This document shows positions 1 to 9,942 of a DNA stretch of 64,000 nucleotides, in pieces. The notes beneath the pieces are model-generated. The model searched no databases. It was not told the origin of the DNA and saw nothing but the letters and a program-made list of their open reading frames with translations. The DNA lies in contig DBXD01000066.1 of the NCBI GenBank assembly GCA_002309425.1, positions 9,809-73,808 on the forward strand. Reading direction: 5' to 3'. The stretch is from Cyanobacteria bacterium UBA1221 (GTDB lineage: Bacteria; Cyanobacteriota; Vampirovibrionia; Gastranaerophilales; Gastranaerophilaceae). How positions within the stretch are numbered: the stretch's first letter is position 1; every line of letters starts with the position of its first letter. Position numbers and translations under genes: made by a program.

Positions 1-2125
1 CAGTTGAATTTTCAGAGTTGAAGTTTCTTTCTGCCCATTTGTATATGTAATCCGCCAAATCTTCATTAACTTCAATTTCTCGTGCTTTCTTATCCTGCGA
101 AATCAAAATACTGTTATATTTCGAAATACTGTCATTTAGTTTTTCTACGTATTTTTCGATATTCTTTGTTTTCCAGGCAAAAGATTTTTTAGGTTCATCA
201 AATTTAGGAATAAATTTATCTTCTTTTTTGTTTTCTATGTTCGCCAAAGCACCAACGGCAGCAGCCAATTCAACGGGATTGAGTTTTTCAAACGCATGGG
301 AAGAAAGCATTTCCACAACAGGAATTTGTGCATATCCGTTCAAATCCGAAATCAAACAGCCTTTTTCCGTCAGCCTGTCCTGCGGGGAAATATATCCAAA
401 CGCTTTTAACATGCGAATTTTTCTGTCAAATACACTTCTTAATGCCAGTTTCTGAGCATATCTCTTTTTCTCGTCCTTATTGTACGTATAAAAAGATTTA
501 TCACATATGAGATTTAACATTTCATCTCCCTGACAAGCTTCATAATATTTTGTTATAAATGAATAATCAGGTTGGAAGGAACTCCTTAAACTATTCGGGC
601 TTGATTTTACAAGATTGTCAAATATTATTTTTTCATCATTATTTCTGCTCAGAGTATAACAATACCCGATTTTGTCAATTCCTCTGCGGCCTGCTCTGCC
701 CGCCATCTGATGAAATTCGTTCGGAGAGAGGGTTCTTTTGTTGTCGGGGCCGTCAGGATTGTCGGACGGCTTCCTTGTTGAAGTTATTACTGTTGTCCTG
801 GTCGGCATATTTATTCCCGCAGATAAGGTTTCCGTTGCTATTACAACTTTTACCAGCTTCTTCTGGAACAATTCTTCAACAAGTTCTTTTTGATTTGGCA
901 GTAATCCCGCATTATGAACGGCATATCCCTTGAACAGGCCCTGAATATTCAGAGTTTCGCCCAAATACTTTCCTTCTTGCTCGTATCTTTCAAGTATCTC
1001 GGCTATTTGTTCTTTTTCTTCGTCCGTTGTTAAATGTGCAGAGTATTTTGTTAAGTAATCAAGAATATCTTTACTGTTTTTCTTGTCAAACACAAAAAAT
1101 ATTGCCGGTAATCTGTCGTTATCCCTGAGTTTCCTTACAACATCCACATATGAGTATGCCGGGATAAGTTCTTTTTTCTCGGCAATTTTTGCTAATTTAT
1201 CAAGCTGACTGTTAAATTTTGAATTTTTCTTTTTTGACTTTTGCGGCTGTTCTAACTCAGATACATTAATATTCTCAAATTCGAGAGGAACGTGCCTGTT
1301 AGAATTTGGGACATCAATCAGAACCGTATGTACGGGTTTATTCTTATCCGCTCTATATTCTGCCAGCTCCGTATTGCTTCCTTTTACTATTTCCGGCGGG
1401 ATGTGTTTTCTTATTTCTGCCATCCAGCCGGCAATGTCTTTATTATTACCTATTGTTGCGGACAGGGACAAAAGTTGTACAGAAGGATCGGTTAAAAAGA
1501 TTGATTGTTCCCAGATTCCGCCCCTGTCAACATCTCCCAGATAATGTAATTCATCAAAGATTACCGTACCCAAATCATCCAGCATATCATTATGACGTCC
1601 GAAATGTTCCCCAAAAACCATATTCCGATAAACTTCCGTTGTCATAATCACAATAGGAGCATCAGCGTTAATCTTTGTATCACCTGTCAGAATTCCGACA
1701 TTTTCTTCACCGTATATACGCTGAAAATCTCTGAATTTTTCATTACTCAACGCTTTAAGGGGTGCGGTATAAAATGTTTTTTTTCCTTCCCGCAAATTCT
1801 TATTTATTGCATAATGCGCAATAGCAGTTTTTCCGGTCCCAGTCGGAGCTGTGACCAAAACATCATTTTCAAGTAATATATTTTGCGCTGCCGCTTTTTG
1901 AAATATATCAGGGGTTGCACCTTTTGGCAGCTTAAAGTAATTCTTCTCTACGGTTCTGTCAAAATCACTGTTCCCGAATGAAATATTTTTATATGACATT
2001 TGGGACATTGTTTTTAATATATCCGATGAATTGTAAGTCGGAACATTAGCCTTTTCTTTTTTATTATTTACCGAAAACCTGGTGCATACTAAACTTTGTT
2101 CCGGCGAAATTGCGAAAATTTTCAT
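1..2125 (-). CDS. Ski2-like (DExH) superfamily-2 helicase, N-terminal ~700 aa; C-terminus runs off the left window edge
   Basis: Absent from the ORF track because no stop lies in the window. My translation of the minus strand from ATG at 2125-2123 (AGGA upstream) appeared open to position 1. It shows TAPTGTGKT (motif I), VIFDELHYL (II), LSLSATI (III), VHNAGLLP, ATETLSAGINMPTRT (V) and HQMAGRAGRRG (VI). Plus-strand ORFs here are short overlapping fragments. Confidence 0.8.
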   Translation of the reverse strand, partial: MKIFAISPEQSLVCTRFSVNNKKEKANVPTYNSSDILKTMSQMSYKNISFGNSDFDRTVEKNYFKLPKGATPDIFQKAAAQNILLENDVLVTAPTGTGKTAIAHYAINKNLREGKKTFYTAPLKALSNEKFRDFQRIYGEENVGILTGDTKINADAPIVIMTTEVYRNMVFGEHFGRHNDMLDDLGTVIFDELHYLGDVDRGGIWEQSIFLTDPSVQLLSLSATIGNNKDIAGWMAEIRKHIPPEIVKGSNTELAEYRADKNKPVHTVLIDVPNSNRHVPLEFENINVSELEQPQKSKKKNSKFNSQLDKLAKIAEKKELIPAYSYVDVVRKLRDNDRLPAIFFVFDKKNSKDILDYLTKYSAHLTTDEEKEQIAEILERYEQEGKYLGETLNIQGLFKGYAVHNAGLLPNQKELVEELFQKKLVKVVIATETLSAGINMPTRTTVITSTRKPSDNPDGPDNKRTLSPNEFHQMAGRAGRRGIDKIGYCYTLSRNNDEKIIFDNLVKSSPNSLRSSFQPDYSFITKYYEACQGDEMLNLICDKSFYTYNKDEKKRYAQKLALRSVFDRKIRMLKAFGYISPQDRLTEKGCLISDLNGYAQIPVVEMLSSHAFEKLNPVELAAAVGALANIENKKEDKFIPKFDEPKKSFAWKTKNIEKYVEKLNDSISKYNSILISQDKKAREIEVNEDLADYIYKWAERNFNSENST

Positions 2126-2234
2126 AAACTAATCCTAAATCCTATTTTTATAATAGTTTAATAACCCGTGAATTTTAAATTTTGCTAAAATATAACAATT
2201 TGTAACACAAAATATATTTATTTGTCATATTAAA

Positions 2235-3089
2235 TTAATAAGTTCTTTTATATTCTATCAGGGCATTTTTATATTTATCACATAAATTCTTTTCTTTTAG
2301 AAAATTTTCCAAGGCCGCAATAGATATGTTTGAGCACTCAATATGGCAATCTTCCTTACCTGTTATAGAATTATTGTTATTTATTCTGTACACAATAAGG
2401 ACTTTATCCATTACATACATTGAATTTGCCAAAGCATATGCTGAATATACAAAAAAAGAATCATTGTGCCTTTTCAGGTTTAAAAACTTTAATTTATTTT
2501 TTCTTACAAATGATGTTTTAAATAATTTATTCCACAAAGCTCCCCTGCAAAAAGTAAATAAAGTATCTTGAACATCATTAGGGCCAAAAACAGTATTAAC
2601 AGGGTATGGAGGTGTCCATAGCCACCAAATATCTTCATTGGTATATGTTTTAGCGGCATCATCAAAACAAACCGACTTGAACATTGTAATATCAGTTTTA
2701 TATTTTTCAGCGGTATTATAGACTTCTTCAAGCATATTGGGTTTATATATGTCATCCGTATCAAGAAATATTAAATATTTACCCCTGACATGTTTTAAAC
2801 CCTCATTTCTTGCATTGCCTGCGCCGAGGTTTTGGGATAACTTTATTAATGAAATTCTGTTATCCTTTTTTTTAAATTCTTCTATCAGATTTACTGAATT
2901 ATCAGTTGATTTGTCATCAACAAAAATTACCTCAAAGTTCTTAAAGGTTTGCTGTTCAATATAAGTATATAAATCCGGCAGGAATTGAGCGGCATTATAA
3001 CAGGGAATAACCACTGACACCTTCGGCCTTTTTGGGCAAAAATATCTGAGCTTTGCCGCTAACTCACATATATAACTCTTCAATCTCAT
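2235..3089 (-). CDS. family 2 glycosyltransferase
   Basis: 284-aa ORF with GT-A N-terminal signature VSVVIPCYNAAQFLPDLYTYIEQQTFKNFEVIFVDDKSTDNS and a DxD-type LDTDD. Confidence 0.85.
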   Translation of the reverse strand: MRLKSYICELAAKLRYFCPKRPKVSVVIPCYNAAQFLPDLYTYIEQQTFKNFEVIFVDDKSTDNSVNLIEEFKKKDNRISLIKLSQNLGAGNARNEGLKHVRGKYLIFLDTDDIYKPNMLEEVYNTAEKYKTDITMFKSVCFDDAAKTYTNEDIWWLWTPPYPVNTVFGPNDVQDTLFTFCRGALWNKLFKTSFVRKNKLKFLNLKRHNDSFFVYSAYALANSMYVMDKVLIVYRINNNNSITGKEDCHIECSNISIAALENFLKEKNLCDKYKNALIEYKRTY

Positions 3090-3315
3090 CGATATTTATC
3101 CCCATACCATAAATTAAATGTAAATCGAAATAGAAAAAGTTTCAAGTTTTTATATAAAATACTTATATGGTTTTATTAATATTTATTAATTGTTACTTGC
3201 AAAAAGAAATTGTTTATACTAACATTACAATACTTACGTGCGTCGGTGATATTTTGTGGATAAGCCGATTAAGGAATTTAAATAGTATTTAGCTAAATAA
3301 TAAAGGAATAAAAAA

Positions 3316-3669
3316 ATGAACCCTATTATCGATGAATTAGAAAAACCTTATATGGAAAAGGAAATTCCGGATGTAAATCCCGGAGATACAGTCAAAGTAT
3401 TTGTCAGAATTGTTGAAGGAAACAAAGAAAGAATACAGGCTTTTGAAGGTACTGTTATCAAGAAACACGGCTCAGGCATTAACAAAACCATTACCGTCAG
3501 AAAGATTTTCCAGGGTGTTGGTGTTGAACGTGTGTTCTTAATTCACTCACCGAGAATTGAAAAAATCAACATTATCAGACGCGGTGATGTAAAACGTGCT
3601 AAATTGTACTACCTGAGAGAACGTTCAGGTAAGGCTACTCGTATCAAGGAAAAAATTGAAAAAAAATAA
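3316..3669 (+). CDS. rplS: 50S ribosomal protein L19
   Basis: 117 aa. [41 protein letters not shown]...[16 protein letters not shown] is the classic L19 sequence. AGGA RBS upstream. Confidence 0.97.
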   Translation: MNPIIDELEKPYMEKEIPDVNPGDTVKVFVRIVEGNKERIQAFEGTVIKKHGSGINKTITVRKIFQGVGVERVFLIHSPRIEKINIIRRGDVKRAKLYYLRERSGKATRIKEKIEKK

Positions 3670-4495
3670 AACACATATTCACTGGTATCCGGGGCATATA
3701 GCAAAGGCCGAAAGGAAGTTAAAAGAACAGCTGAACCTCGTAGATGCCGTAATAGAAGTAGTTGATGCGAGGCTGCCGATTTCGAGCAGTTATGAAAATA
3801 TTACGAGGCTTTTAGGTCAAAAGCCTCGTTTAATATTGTTAAACAAATCTGATTTAACCGATAAAGAAGAACTTAAAAACTGGATAAAAATTCTCTCGGA
3901 AAAGAATGAAGTACCTGTACTGGTTTCTGATGCCAAAAACTCTAAAGATTTGAACTTCATAATTAAAAAAGCAGAAGAACTTGCCGAACCCAAAATTCAG
4001 GAAATTATGAAGAAGGGACTTCTCAGACGACCAGCAAGAATAATGGTTGTCGGGATGCCTAATGTAGGGAAATCAAGTATTATAAATAAACTCACAAAAT
4101 CTTCCAAAACCAAGGTCGGAGCAAAGGCAGGAGTCACCCGTCAGCAGCAGTGGGTAAGAATTAATCCTAAATTAGAATTACTGGATACTCCCGGAATTAT
4201 ACCGATGACCCAAGATGACCAACAGGCAGCTCAAAAACTGGCTTTTGTTAATTCGGTATCAGAAAATGCATATTCAAATGAACTTGTTGCAACAGAGCTT
4301 GTTGAACTGTTAAAAGAAAAATATCCCGAACAGCTAAAAGCCTACTACGATTTAAATGACAGTTGTTCCCTTGAAAGTATTGCCTTGTCAAGAAACTGGA
4401 TAATTTCAGGCGGCCAGCCGGATATCGAAAGGACATCCGCATATGTATTAAGGGATTTTCGTGAAGGGAAAATAGGAAAGTTTATACTGGATTAA
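3656..4495 (+). CDS. rbgA: ribosome biogenesis GTPase A (YlqF/RbgA), circularly permuted GTPase
   Basis: Starts on TTG and overlaps the rplS end by 14 nt. [10 protein letters not shown]. Permuted motif order G4 LLNKSDL, G1 [15 protein letters not shown]3 LLDTPGI. rplS-ylqF-rnhB synteny. Confidence 0.9.
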   Translation: MKKNKTHIHWYPGHIAKAERKLKEQLNLVDAVIEVVDARLPISSSYENITRLLGQKPRLILLNKSDLTDKEELKNWIKILSEKNEVPVLVSDAKNSKDLNFIIKKAEELAEPKIQEIMKKGLLRRPARIMVVGMPNVGKSSIINKLTKSSKTKVGAKAGVTRQQQWVRINPKLELLDTPGIIPMTQDDQQAAQKLAFVNSVSENAYSNELVATELVELLKEKYPEQLKAYYDLNDSCSLESIALSRNWIISGGQPDIERTSAYVLRDFREGKIGKFILD

Positions 4496-4497
4496 TT

Positions 4498-5217
4498 ATG
4501 AAAACACTAACACCGGAAAAGGAGTTATCATTCAACAAAACGTCAAAGCCGTCTAATACCGTAACTAATGATAATAACCACATAATACAACTATTTAATT
4601 TTGATTATAATCAAAAATGCACGGTAATCGGAACAGACGAAGCCGGCAGAGGTCCTGCCGCAGGAGGTGTGTTTGCATCCGCGGTTTGTTTTCATAAAAA
4701 AAGCAAAGAATTAACGGAATCTCTGTCCATATTGAATGACAGTAAGCAGCTGTCAAAAAAGAACAGGGAATACTTATACGATATAATCAAAAACGAAACA
4801 ATTAATTCAACTGTTTGTATTGAAGTTGAGGAAATTGAAAAAATAAATATTTTGCAGGCATCTTTAAAAGCTATGCGTATTGCCTGCCAAAATGTAATTG
4901 ATAATCTTGGTGACGAGAAATTTATGGTATTAATTGACGGCAATAAACTGATAAAAGGTTTTCATTACCCGCAAAAGTGTGTAATAAAAGGTGACAGCCA
5001 TTCAGCATCAATCGCCGCCGCAAGCATCTTGGCAAAAGTAACTCGTGACAGATATATGGAAGAACTCGATAAAAAATACCCACAATACGGCTGGTCACAT
5101 AATGCAGGATACTTGACAAAAGAACATCTTGAAGCGATTGATAAATATGGGTTGAGCGAATATCACCGCCCGTCTTTTCTGAAGAAACATTTTGAGAAAC
5201 AACTTTCTTTATTTTAA
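4498..5217 (+). CDS. rnhB: ribonuclease HII with ~40-aa N-terminal extension
   Basis: GTDEAGRGPAAGGVFASAV, LNDSKQLS, VLIDGNK, GDSHSASIAAASILAKVTRDRYM. Starts 2 nt after the rbgA stop. Confidence 0.93.
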   Translation: MKTLTPEKELSFNKTSKPSNTVTNDNNHIIQLFNFDYNQKCTVIGTDEAGRGPAAGGVFASAVCFHKKSKELTESLSILNDSKQLSKKNREYLYDIIKNETINSTVCIEVEEIEKINILQASLKAMRIACQNVIDNLGDEKFMVLIDGNKLIKGFHYPQKCVIKGDSHSASIAAASILAKVTRDRYMEELDKKYPQYGWSHNAGYLTKEHLEAIDKYGLSEYHRPSFLKKHFEKQLSLF

Positions 5218-7071
5218 ATCAAGAACCGCTCGTAAAAGATTTTTAGAGTCCTCATATTTATAATTTGAGGTTTCTGTTTCCTGTACTCCCAATAGAATTG
5301 CAATATATAAATCATCATCTTTCTGCACAACCGCAACCATGTTAGCAGTATAACCGCACATACCGTATTTTGCACCCAGACATTCTGGGATATAATATTC
5401 AGAATTTTCCTTTAACAACTGGTTGATTGTAGAAACACTTTTTTCTCCGGTTTCATTTACTATTCGGTACGAACGACGCCCGAATATCTGGCAGAACATA
5501 TTATTTTGCAAAGCATATTCTAAAAGAGTATATGCATCTTCCGCAGTTATGCCGTTATCTTTACCCAGACCCGTTATTGAAGAATAACGGGTATTTTTTG
5601 CACCTATTTGTACTGCTTTTTGATTCATAAGATTTACAAAATTATTAACCGAACCTGCTACACATTCCGCAATCAATTTCGCGGGAGAATTATTTTGAGT
5701 TACCATCAACACATTTACCAAATCATATAACGTCACAGCTTTGACTCCGGGCAATTCATTATTTAGCAAATATACAGGTAAATTTAGCTTTCCGCTTTCC
5801 AACGCAATGACTGCTGTCAAAATTTTAGCAAAAGCAACAGGGCTAAAAACTTCTTTTATCTGCTTTTGCATAAGAATTTTTCTAGTTTTCATACTTTTAA
5901 TAAGGACAGAAGAAGTATTTACCTTAACCGGCAATTTTACCGAATCCGAAAAAACTTCAGGAGAACTGTCCACTGTCATTTTCCGCTTCTTAAATTTCTG
6001 ATATATCGGTTCACTCAATAAATCCTGTTTTTCATGACAATTTTTCAGATGAGAAATATAAATCGGCTTATTTTGCTTGTAGTATTCAATATCAAACACC
6101 TGAGAAAAATATTCCAGTCTGTTCAATGCATCGAGAGATAACAACGTATTTTTACATTTTCTGCAGGTATTACAGTTTTCAGCACCCGCCATACAAACAT
6201 TCAAATACTTTTGTGCCGGAGAAAAATGAATAATATCCTGCAATTTTTCAAATCTTGTTTTCTCACCGCCCTCTATGAATATTTCAAGGGAAGATGTAGT
6301 AAACACGTAACCCAACAGCAATTCATAATGACCGCAATCAAATCTGTCACTTTCGTTTAGACTAAACTGAGTGAAATCAAGCCCCGATGAACCGTAATAG
6401 TACAGTTTAAATAATTTTTGCAGGGCAAAAACAGGAAACAAATTGCAATAAATATGATTAATCGCATAGGGAATATCAAAATCTTTTGATAAGTTACTTC
6501 TTGTTAAAATTAACGGAAGGTCAACCTCTTCTGCAAGTGCCGAATATTTTTTTATAATCTGCTCTTTGGTTTTCTCACCGCTTCTGCCACCCTCATTGTA
6601 TGCGGGGACATCAAAAGCGCCTGTATCATGGATACATAAATGTGTTAAATTTCTTGTATGGTATTCCGAATCAAGGTATTCGGATAACACGTGCATTGAG
6701 TCAATACCACCGACCATACCTGTTCCGACCGCCCCCGCACTTTTTACGTGCTCTTTTTTTATGTCAGCAGAGATTCTTGATTTATAAAAATTTTTACCGC
6801 TTTTTACAAGTGTCGGTATCAAATGAGTTCTCAAATTATGGAGCAACTCTTCAGAAACAGGAGATAAGCATACGATTTCTTTCTTATTTCGCATTGCAAA
6901 TGGCAGCAATGCGATAACAAACGCATCACATCGGTCTTTTACAAGGAACTTTTCATACTTTTCATCAACTTCCAACCATAACTGCTTTGTTTCGTCATTA
7001 ATTTCCACATCAACAGACAATCTGGCTTTCTTATTACTTTTTGTAATTTTGGGAATCCCGATTGTTATCAT
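5209..7071 (-). CDS. two-domain protein: N-terminal unknown domain (weak PP-loop-like GGIDS, C-rich NCNTCRKC) fused to a degenerate S11 (PBP5/DacA-like) D-Ala-D-Ala carboxypeptidase domain
   Basis: 620-aa ORF. The C-terminal ~230 aa follow the PBP5 pattern: PVAFAKILTAVIALE, TLYDLVNVLMVTQNNSPAKLIAE, FVNLMNQKAVQIGAKNT, GAKYGMCGYTANMV. The SxxK, SxN and KTG positions read AFAK, QNN and KYG. Confidence 0.55.
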   Translation of the reverse strand: MITIGIPKITKSNKKARLSVDVEINDETKQLWLEVDEKYEKFLVKDRCDAFVIALLPFAMRNKKEIVCLSPVSEELLHNLRTHLIPTLVKSGKNFYKSRISADIKKEHVKSAGAVGTGMVGGIDSMHVLSEYLDSEYHTRNLTHLCIHDTGAFDVPAYNEGGRSGEKTKEQIIKKYSALAEEVDLPLILTRSNLSKDFDIPYAINHIYCNLFPVFALQKLFKLYYYGSSGLDFTQFSLNESDRFDCGHYELLLGYVFTTSSLEIFIEGGEKTRFEKLQDIIHFSPAQKYLNVCMAGAENCNTCRKCKNTLLSLDALNRLEYFSQVFDIEYYKQNKPIYISHLKNCHEKQDLLSEPIYQKFKKRKMTVDSSPEVFSDSVKLPVKVNTSSVLIKSMKTRKILMQKQIKEVFSPVAFAKILTAVIALESGKLNLPVYLLNNELPGVKAVTLYDLVNVLMVTQNNSPAKLIAECVAGSVNNFVNLMNQKAVQIGAKNTRYSSITGLGKDNGITAEDAYTLLEYALQNNMFCQIFGRRSYRIVNETGEKSVSTINQLLKENSEYYIPECLGAKYGMCGYTANMVAVVQKDDDLYIAILLGVQETETSNYKYEDSKNLLRAVLDLK

Positions 7072-7139
7072 AAAACTCTCCTGTAATACCTATATTATAT
7101 AAATAATATCCGGCGATGTCTAAATATTAAGTGAAAAAT

Positions 7140-8114
7140 TTATTTTTCTTTGCTGAATTTGTCAGCAAGGAAGGTTGAGATAAGAGGAACAAAAATATAA
7201 TAAAGAGTTCCCAGAATCAAGACAGGCTTTGCAACCCGAATGCCCTCAACATATTTTTCAATTTCTTTTGAGCCTCTGTTTGCTTCCCTGAATTTTTCTA
7301 TAAATCTTTCAGTCGGTTTTTTCGTTAAAGAATCGATTACATAACCGCCTCCGACAGAGATACCTGTTGCAATGGCCGAATTATAGATTAATGTTTTTTT
7401 TCTGTCCTGCTCTATTTTCTTACTTTTATTAGCACTGTGAATAAAAGCTCCCGTTGCGAGCATATCCGTCAATGAAATAATATGCTGCTCAAACCTTGTA
7501 TTGTGGAATTTATCCGCAAGTTTTTGCACTCTTGCGGTATTTATTTCTTTTGCAATGCCTTTGGAAAATTTTTCGGTTACTCTTTCATATAGCCCCGTAA
7601 ATGCGGGGGTGGACTGTTTTAAAGAAACTCTACCCTGAGATTGCTGTTTATTATCCTCTTTTTGCGGAAATAACTTTGACATTATAGGGGGAATAAGTGC
7701 GCAAGTCAGTATGGCTTTTGGTGCGGCTATAATAAAACCCAAACCCAGTTTAAAAAGCTGGGTTGCAAAAGCATATTTTTTCGAGGCTGCTAAAGTTTTT
7801 TCGCCTGCTTTTAAATTTTTTATTGCTTCTGCAGTCAGATATTTTTGCGGATTTTCATCTATATTTTTAACGGCTTTTGCTATAGGTTTTGATGCTCCAA
7901 ACATTAGTAGATAACCGATAAGGGTAGAAGCAACAGACTTTGTTCCTGCATATTGTTTATTTTTTTTATCAGTACCCGGAGTCGCAAGAATTATTGCCGG
8001 CCTAATTGCAGAAAAGACAAGTGTTGCAGTTGCTGCGAATAGCGCCCCGTTATCTGCCGCAAATTTTAGGCCTCGTTTTACTATGTTGCTATTGTAAATT
8101 GACTGTACTTTCAT
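7140..8114 (-). CDS. hypothetical membrane protein
   Basis: 324-aa ORF with about 4 hydrophobic segments (ALFAATATLVFSAIRPAIILA, LIGYLLMFGA, LGLGFIIAAPKAILTCALIPPI, VLILGTLYYIFVPLISTFL). N-terminus MKVQSIYNSN. Internal TPAFTG. No family recognised. Confidence 0.6.
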   Translation of the reverse strand: MKVQSIYNSNIVKRGLKFAADNGALFAATATLVFSAIRPAIILATPGTDKKNKQYAGTKSVASTLIGYLLMFGASKPIAKAVKNIDENPQKYLTAEAIKNLKAGEKTLAASKKYAFATQLFKLGLGFIIAAPKAILTCALIPPIMSKLFPQKEDNKQQSQGRVSLKQSTPAFTGLYERVTEKFSKGIAKEINTARVQKLADKFHNTRFEQHIISLTDMLATGAFIHSANKSKKIEQDRKKTLIYNSAIATGISVGGGYVIDSLTKKPTERFIEKFREANRGSKEIEKYVEGIRVAKPVLILGTLYYIFVPLISTFLADKFSKEK

Positions 8115-8130
8115 TGCAGTTCATTATACA

Positions 8131-8850
8131 ATGCTGATAATGAAAATAACAGAATTTGTAAAAAATGAAATATCCGGATGGAAAAGCATTGAGATTATTC
8201 TGCTTTGCGCGGCATTTTTACTGATTACATTAAATTCCGTATTTTTAAAGGATAATATCATTGCAATCATCTCGGCAATATGCGGTATTCTGTATACAAT
8301 AATTGCGGGAAAAGGGAAAATTTCCTGCTATTTATTCGGGATATGCGGCTCTGCCTGTTATGGCTATTTATCTTTTATAAATGCCTTATACGGAAATCTT
8401 CTTTTATATATTTGCTATTATATACCGGCGCAGGGTATAGGGTTTTTCAGCTGGAAAAAACATATGAAAAAGACCTCTCAGGAAATCATAAAAACATCCC
8501 TGAATTTCAGACAAAAAATATTTATTCTTACGGTTTCCGTCTTTGGAATATACATGACCTATCTGATATTACGGCATTTTAATGACAGTAACCCGTTATT
8601 GGACGGTATTACAACCTTTTTATCGGTAATCGGAATGTACCTTACAGTAAAGCGCTGCATTGAACAATGGATTATCTGGATGATTGTAAACGGATTATCT
8701 TTTATCATGTGGTTAAATCTTATAATACACGGACAAAAAGCTTATTCTACACTTGTGATGTGGGGGATTTATGTTATACTTGCCGTATATTTTTATATTG
8801 AATGGAAAAAAGAACTGGTATCAAATAACAAACAAGGAGAAGTGTTATGA
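8131..8850 (+). CDS. pnuC: nicotinamide riboside transporter PnuC family
   Basis: 239 aa with ~7 TM segments. The N-terminal EIILLCAAFLLITLN, GKGKISCYLFGI and the C-terminal W-rich segment IEQWIIWMIVNGLSFIMW fit the PnuC pattern. The start may be the MKITEF Met at 8140. Confidence 0.75.
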   Translation: MLIMKITEFVKNEISGWKSIEIILLCAAFLLITLNSVFLKDNIIAIISAICGILYTIIAGKGKISCYLFGICGSACYGYLSFINALYGNLLLYICYYIPAQGIGFFSWKKHMKKTSQEIIKTSLNFRQKIFILTVSVFGIYMTYLILRHFNDSNPLLDGITTFLSVIGMYLTVKRCIEQWIIWMIVNGLSFIMWLNLIIHGQKAYSTLVMWGIYVILAVYFYIEWKKELVSNNKQGEVL

Positions 8851-9314
8851 CACATGCAGAAAGAGCAAAAGAGCTTTTTAAATCGGGATATAATTGTTCC
8901 CAGGCCGTACTTGGAGCTTTTTGTGAAGAATTGGGAATGGATTTTGAAACAGCGATGAAAGTCGCTTCTTCGTTCGGAGGCGGCATGGGCAGAATGAGAG
9001 AGGTATGCGGAACGGTTTCCGGAATGTTTATGGCCGCCGGATTAAAATACGGATTTTCCGACAATTCCGACCCTGCAAAAAAGGGAGAATTATATAAGAG
9101 GATTCAACATTTAGCGGAACAGTTCAGAGAAAAAAACGGCAGTATAATTTGCCGTGAACTTTTGCAGGGGATTGAAAACTCATCTTCACCCGAACCGTCC
9201 GAAAGAACTCAAAACTATTACAAAAAGAGGCCATGCGTTGATTTAGTAGGGGATGCCGCAGAAATCTTTGAACAATATCTCAAAGAGAATAATATGGTAG
9301 AAATTTCTAAATAA
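8847..9314 (+). CDS. C_GCAxxG_C_C family redox-active protein
   Basis: 155 aa. GYNCSQAVLGAFCEELG, GGGMGRMREVCGTVSGMFMA, CRELL and a late PCVDLV match the C-GCAxxG-C-C arrangement. Overlaps the pnuC stop by 4 nt. Confidence 0.85.
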   Translation: MTHAERAKELFKSGYNCSQAVLGAFCEELGMDFETAMKVASSFGGGMGRMREVCGTVSGMFMAAGLKYGFSDNSDPAKKGELYKRIQHLAEQFREKNGSIICRELLQGIENSSSPEPSERTQNYYKKRPCVDLVGDAAEIFEQYLKENNMVEISK

Positions 9315-9351
9315 CATTTGAAAACAAAATAATTTATTTTATAATGTAAGT

Positions 9352-9933
9352 ATGAAGAAATTTTTAATATACAGTCTTATATTGCTTGTTACCGGATTAC
9401 AATCGGCTTTTGCCGAAGAACCCGCTAACTATGATATGGAAATTAATTCTTTGTATGCGGCAAATAAACTTGATGACACGTTTAACCTTATACTAAGTAT
9501 TCCCCAAGAGAAAAGGTCTGCCCAGCATTGGCTTCTTATGGGTAATATTATGATGGATTATAAAAAGATTGGTGATGCCGAAGAATTGTACAAATCTTCT
9601 ATAAATGCGGATAACAAATTTTATAAAGCCTATTACAATTTAGGCAATATATATTTGTCCCAAAACAAGATTGACCTTGCTACAGAGAATTTTAAGCTGG
9701 CAACAAAATACAATAAGGAATTTGCACCGGCGTACTACAATCTCGGGTGTTGTTACATAAAAGCAGGTGATTTTAAAAAAGCAAAGAGTGCACTATTGGA
9801 TGCTATTTATTATAAGTCAACCGAAGCAAATTACCACTATAATTTAGCGTATGTATATAAACAACTTGGGAAAAATAAAGAAGCTCAGGTTTATCTTGAT
9901 TACTACAACAAAATAGAGAACAATAATAATTAG
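9352..9933 (+). CDS. secreted TPR-repeat protein
   Basis: Signal peptide MKKFLIYSLILLVTGLQSAFA/EE. Repeated A-x-YNLGN/YNLGC/YNLAY TPR helices. Confidence 0.85.
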   Translation: MKKFLIYSLILLVTGLQSAFAEEPANYDMEINSLYAANKLDDTFNLILSIPQEKRSAQHWLLMGNIMMDYKKIGDAEELYKSSINADNKFYKAYYNLGNIYLSQNKIDLATENFKLATKYNKEFAPAYYNLGCCYIKAGDFKKAKSALLDAIYYKSTEANYHYNLAYVYKQLGKNKEAQVYLDYYNKIENNNN

Positions 9934-9942
9934 GTTAATAAA

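Noticed and set aside
3090-3315. Possible L19-leader-type autoregulatory RNA upstream of rplS (short stem TCGG...CCGA around 3243-3275).
   Set aside because: I cannot reproduce the family consensus from memory, and the stem is only 4-5 bp. An Infernal scan against the Rfam L19 leader would decide.
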